Origin: an uncultured virus (IMG/VR IMGVR_UViG_3300030330_004454)
Lineage: Duplodnaviria; Heunggongvirae; Uroviricota; Caudoviricetes
Direction: 5' to 3' (one strand)
DNA length: 20,000 nucleotides
Virus record (IMG/VR): IMGVR_UViG_3300030330_004454
The translations under genes were made by a program, and so were the position numbers. Below, piece by piece: positions 16,486 through 20,000 of this stretch. The notes beneath the pieces are model-generated. The model was not told the origin of the DNA, did no database searches, and was given only the letters and a program-made list of their open reading frames with translations. The stretch's first letter is position 1, and the number at the start of each line of letters is the position of its first letter.

Positions 16486-17144
16486 GCTCTCAAACCTCTC
16501 CAGTCTTGACATATTCTCTCACACACCTCTCTACCTAAAGCAATCTGCCATTCAAAAGAGTTTACAGAAGCTTTTCTCCCCTGATATAATTTTCCATGTT
16601 CTAACTTTGGACAGTTGTATATTCTGTAGTTAAAACCTTGTTTGGTGGTTGATTTTCTAATTGCATTATTATCAGCTTCATGATAAATATACTCAAAACC
16701 ATCGTCAGATTCAGTCCAAGAAATGCTTAAAATCCAAGCGCCTGCTGTACTGTAATGATTGTGAAATCCAATAAAACCATCCACAGGGAAAAATTTCATA
16801 CTGTCAAAGACTACCGGACAACCCAAACCTCTAACACTACTGAAAAAACCAGCGTATTTCCACGCTAAATCATTTATTTTTTTAATTTCAGGATTTACAG
16901 ATGTGTCATCATCCTCTCCAAAAGTAGCAAGTCTAGACACAACCGCTGGAATAGATTCACTAGCGTCAATGGCCGTCAAGGTTTCCATAGAAAACTCGTT
17001 ATCTATATCAAAACCCTCTGGTAAATTAAGAGCATTATTGTACTGAGATAAATCTCCCAAAGAATCTATTTCTGATTGTATTTCTGCTTCTATCTCGCTA
17101 AAAACACTAGCGTCCTTTAATTTATACATTCCGGGATATATCAT
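16482..17144 (-). CDS. Divergent paralogue of the adjacent oxygenase-like protein, 220 aa
   Basis: FPVDGFIGFHNH...W...GFNYRIY aligns with YPKNGYMGWHNN...W...GWNFRFF. AAGGAGAG RBS and ATGA overlaps at both ends. Confidence 0.55.
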   Translation of the reverse strand: MIYPGMYKLKDASVFSEIEAEIQSEIDSLGDLSQYNNALNLPEGFDIDNEFSMETLTAIDASESIPAVVSRLATFGEDDDTSVNPEIKKINDLAWKYAGFFSSVRGLGCPVVFDSMKFFPVDGFIGFHNHYSTAGAWILSISWTESDDGFEYIYHEADNNAIRKSTTKQGFNYRIYNCPKLEHGKLYQGRKASVNSFEWQIALGREVCERICQDWRGLRA

Positions 17145-18031
17145 AGAAAGCTCTCCTTGTTATGTGAATAATCAAACTCGCCTATCAGACGTAACTCAGC
17201 AAAGTCTTGGCAGTCTAAATTTATTTCTTTTTGTTTTAATGTAATTTTGTCTATAAAAATTAATCTAGCGGTCATATTTCGCCTATTGGTTGCTCCAACT
17301 ATGTGGAAATCTTTATTCGCAGCATATCCTCTGATAAAATCTTCCGCAAAACTTTTAATTCTAATACAAGAATTATCTTCCCCCACAATACAATGAGAAA
17401 CTCCTGTATCCAATGTAGACACTATTCCACTATCTAAATATACACAATGGGCGATTTTTGCTATTAATTGTTTTCTTTTTACTAATTTTAATTTCAAGTC
17501 TAACTTCAAGTATTCACTAAACCGTTTTCCCCAGTTATGCAGCAAGACATATAGAAATTCTCCATCGTAATGCAAACTATTAATGTGGTTTTTATCCATC
17601 TCCCTGTAGTGTACAGGTTCGTTTATTTTTACTTCTTCTTGTTTTACTGGGTCAAATAACTTTTCTATCTTTTCTGAATCAATATCAAAAACGTTTATAC
17701 AATTTATACAAGTGTCTGCTGCATAGATTTTACCGTCTATTTCTAATATTTGATGTGGATTTCCGTGGTAAATATTATAGTGGTTTAGTTGATTTAGGTT
17801 CTTGTCAAACTTTATCAAGTTTGTTCTGTTTGCTACAAAAAGATTTTGCTCATTCCAAGAAACCCCAAACGGCCTGCTGGCTCTGTGCCTCGCTTGTGAT
17901 CCGTAGAATTTATCTTCATTTATTTGAATTCTATGTCCATAATTCTGAGTTTCTAGTGTTTCTGTGTTAATAATTGAAAATTGATAATCCAAGGGTTCTG
18001 GTAAGCGAGTTGGCGTATACAATATTTTCAT
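17141..18031 (-). CDS. Putative beta-propeller protein, 296 aa
   Basis: Blade-like repeats PFGVSWNEQNLFVAN, PHQILEIDGKIYAADT, HINSLHYDGEFLYV, AHCVYL and IRGYAANKDFHIVG. AT-rich; ATGA overlaps at both ends. Confidence 0.6.
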   Translation of the reverse strand: MKILYTPTRLPEPLDYQFSIINTETLETQNYGHRIQINEDKFYGSQARHRASRPFGVSWNEQNLFVANRTNLIKFDKNLNQLNHYNIYHGNPHQILEIDGKIYAADTCINCINVFDIDSEKIEKLFDPVKQEEVKINEPVHYREMDKNHINSLHYDGEFLYVLLHNWGKRFSEYLKLDLKLKLVKRKQLIAKIAHCVYLDSGIVSTLDTGVSHCIVGEDNSCIRIKSFAEDFIRGYAANKDFHIVGATNRRNMTARLIFIDKITLKQKEINLDCQDFAELRLIGEFDYSHNKESFL

Positions 18032-18759
18032 AACTCTATAACTTGTTCTCCAAGTCTTATTTTACTTAATTGTTGTGATCCTAAATATGCTTTGGTGATA
18101 GTAGTGCTTCCAAACCGAACGTTATTACTAGAAGCGACTGTGACTACACCGATAACCTCAACGCCCAATGCTGTTGCCGATGGATTATTTGATGGACCTG
18201 ATCCTTGGGAAACCACCTCTACCCCAAGTGACGATATACTGGGATTATTTGCTGGACCTGATCCTTGGGAAACCACCTCTACCCCAAGTGACGATATGCT
18301 GGGATTATTTAATGGACCTGATCCTTGGGAAACCACCTCTACGCCTAGACTTGAGACTGATGGATTATTTGCTGCAACTTCGGTGTATGTCACGATGATT
18401 CTTGTTTCAGTGACCGTATTGCACCCCATCGCGTCTTCATCTTCTAGCGCAAAGGTGTAATTTCCGTTAAAAGTTGACGCAAAGCCACTAGTTATGTCAT
18501 GTGTATCAGTTCTTGCGTTTGCGCCGCTTTTGGTATAAGAGGAAAACATGTTGACAACGCTACCGTCTGGATCGGTAACAGTACAAGAACTGCTAGACGC
18601 ATCTCCACCGCAAAATGGATCAGCGCCATTTGGGTTCCAGTCTATCTCAAACCTCACATTGGTAACATTGCCAGCAGTGATACCGTTGATATTTACAACG
18701 CTATTTATACTATCATCTGGACCGTAATCTGTAGCGTTTGTGAAGGTTGTTGTTGCCAT
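18028..18759 (-). CDS. Putative fibre-associated virion protein, 243 aa: P-domain-like N-terminus, 20-aa repeats, C-terminal beta motif
   Basis: VTNVRFEI...TVTDPDGSVV...FNGNYTFALED resembles the proprotein-convertase P-domain pattern; four NNPSxxxLGVEV units follow. Confidence 0.6.
   Translation of the reverse strand: MATTTFTNATDYGPDDSINSVVNINGITAGNVTNVRFEIDWNPNGADPFCGGDASSSSCTVTDPDGSVVNMFSSYTKSGANARTDTHDITSGFASTFNGNYTFALEDEDAMGCNTVTETRIIVTYTEVAANNPSVSSLGVEVVSQGSGPLNNPSISSLGVEVVSQGSGPANNPSISSLGVEVVSQGSGPSNNPSATALGVEVIGVVTVASSNNVRFGSTTITKAYLGSQQLSKIRLGEQVIEL
18154..18373 (-). repeat. In-frame 60-nt tandem repeat, about 3.6 copies, encoding NNPS(I/V)SSLGVEVVSQGSGPx
   Basis: Lines 18181, 18241 and 18301 are nearly identical (ggattattt...tggacctgatccttgggaaaccacctctac). 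Confidence 0.95.
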
Positions 18760-18770
18760 CTACCTAGATC

Positions 18771-20000
18771 CTAGACTAAGAAATATAATGTATTTGCGTC
18801 TTTGGTTCCTAAAGCAGTATAAGTAGCTTCACTCATTATCATAATGTTATTAACACCGCTGGCATTTGTGATAGGACTGCTTATAGGTATTCCAGATCCA
18901 TTAAATTTTGGATAATATCCATCATTATAAAGTTTATCTTTTTTATCTGTTGGAACGCCGCTTTGTAAAGTTATAGGGCGAGACTCAAAATATCCTGAAG
19001 TGGCAGCGATGCTGCTATCTGCCGAATCTACTCTAGACTCAAAGTACCCAGATGTTGAGCCATCTGTTGTAGTATATATCAAACCCTTCATGTTAGAAGG
19101 ATGCGAGGTACAATAATAATACAACTTATCTGGTGCGTTTTGCGGAACTTCAAAAGTAACAGATCCAGCAGCAGAACCAATCTCTATATTATTACTGTCA
19201 GCATCAGAATAAACACTACCACCATCCGTAGCGGAAACTCTAAATGGATGACCAGAGAATGTTTTGTTAAATTTGTAGGTGTGACCTTTTTGTAGGTACA
19301 TAGTTGGGTCTGAGGCGTTGTTAAGACCCATGCCGTCTATTGTGTAGTCGTTACCATCACCGGCAATTATATTAAAGGTATTTGGTGATCCAGATACACT
19401 TATTATATTTGTAGCGTTAGTGTCAACGCGAGACTCAAAATAACCAGACACGGCGGAATCATCATATAACAAGCCAGAAACTGTATTTATACTGGCAACG
19501 TTAGTTGCTATATTAGTTTCATTTGTATCAACCCGACCTTCAAAATAACCAGAAAGCGAAGCATCATTGTAAAGTAAGCCAGATACAGTTGATATATCAG
19601 TGTCATTGCTAGTGATCTGACCTTGTAAGTTACCGCTGGTGTTACTAATTAACGTGGTTAAAGTAGATGCAATATTAGCATCGTCGTTTATGGCAGCGGC
19701 TAATTCATTGAGAGTGTCTAAAGTTACCGGTGCGCTATCTACAAGACTTGCAACCTCGTTTGTTATCGTGGAGCCAGCCCAGCCGCTGACAGAGTTTATA
19801 AGCGTGGTGTTTGCTGTTATTTTAGCACCACTAGCCAAAGGTAAACCAGCGCTTCCTCCGGTTAAACCAGAAACAGTAACAATATCAGCGGCATTTGTGT
19901 CTACTCTAGACTCAAAGTATCCTGAATTTGCAGCGATACTGCTATCTACTGAGTCAACTCTAGACTCAAAGTATCCTGAGTTCGCAGTGATACTGGAAGA
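18771..20000 (-). CDS. Fibre-like virion protein, C-terminal 409 aa; start lies beyond the window
   Basis: The frame is open upstream of the track's TTG 19838 to the window edge (SSSITANSGYFESRVDSVDSSIAANSGYFESRVDTNAADIVTVSGLTGGSAGLP). Contains the APVTLDTLNELAAAINDD fibre motif, coiled-coil-like repeats, a cupredoxin-like insert and C-terminal YTALGTKDANTLY. Confidence 0.85.
   Translation of the reverse strand, partial: SSSITANSGYFESRVDSVDSSIAANSGYFESRVDTNAADIVTVSGLTGGSAGLPLASGAKITANTTLINSVSGWAGSTITNEVASLVDSAPVTLDTLNELAAAINDDANIASTLTTLISNTSGNLQGQITSNDTDISTVSGLLYNDASLSGYFEGRVDTNETNIATNVASINTVSGLLYDDSAVSGYFESRVDTNATNIISVSGSPNTFNIIAGDGNDYTIDGMGLNNASDPTMYLQKGHTYKFNKTFSGHPFRVSATDGGSVYSDADSNNIEIGSAAGSVTFEVPQNAPDKLYYYCTSHPSNMKGLIYTTTDGSTSGYFESRVDSADSSIAATSGYFESRPITLQSGVPTDKKDKLYNDGYYPKFNGSGIPISSPITNASGVNNIMIMSEATYTALGTKDANTLYFLV
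18978..19979 (-). repeat. Six dispersed SGYFE(S/G)R repeats in the fibre gene, with local periods of 18 and 35 aa
   Basis: Copies near 19957-19979, 19903-19925, 19530-19553, 19425-19448, 19030-19052 and 18978-18998. Confidence 0.9.

Noticed and set aside
18154..18373. 60-nt repeat considered as a CRISPR array
   Set aside because: The whole 60-nt unit repeats with no unique spacers, it is in frame and coding, and no cas genes are present.
7087..19295. Remaining short plus-strand and nested alternate-frame ORFs (e.g. 7964-8299, 12443-12634, 13658-13843, 15993-16244, 18092-18460)
   Set aside because: They overlap longer, tightly packed minus-strand genes that have RBSs; the repeats in 18092-18460 only mirror the coding repeat.
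7554..19838. ORF-track start codons at 7565, 10614, 16512 and 19838
   Set aside because: RBS position and stop/start overlaps favour 7553, 10593 and 16485; the last gene's frame stays open past 19838 to the window edge.
18154..19979. Repeat pairs considered as DGR template/variable regions
   Set aside because: Differences are not adenine-specific, all copies are in frame within one gene, and there is no reverse transcriptase in the window.
1..20000. Stop-codon reassignment, introns or inteins, tRNAs
   Set aside because: Genes tile the window under the standard code, with TAA, TGA and TAG all used as stops. No gap exceeds about 100 nt, and I saw no cloverleaf or intein motifs.

Overview
This window is part of the virion-morphogenesis region of a large tailed dsDNA phage, probably long-tailed and non-contractile (no sheath gene next to the tail tube gene). 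All credible genes are on the minus strand and are tightly packed. In transcription order (right to left) they are: a partial repeat-rich fibre protein with a cupredoxin-like insert; a P-domain-like protein with 20-aa repeats; an AT-rich, ATGA-coupled three-gene cassette (a beta-propeller and two paralogous 2OG-Fe(II)-oxygenase-like proteins); a LamG-like protein; small fibre- or baseplate-associated proteins; head-tail joining genes interleaved with two fibre-like genes; a tail terminator; the major tail protein; three putative chaperone genes; and a tape measure protein (TMP) of more than 1759 aa. The ORF track missed the TMP because it runs off the left edge. The main leads are: (1) a PD-(D/E)xK nuclease-like motif inside the TMP, bracketed by a duplicated DTVPAxLTPGEFV motif; (2) two paralogous tail-chaperone-like genes, one with its RBS and start codon buried in a strong hairpin, possibly replacing the usual G/GT frameshift; (3) the enzyme-like cassette coupled to fibre genes; (4) Ser-Gly enrichment confined to virion proteins; (5) a complete type-1 copper ligand set in a fibre protein. 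All functional calls come from visual motif recognition and gene order; no database searches were run.
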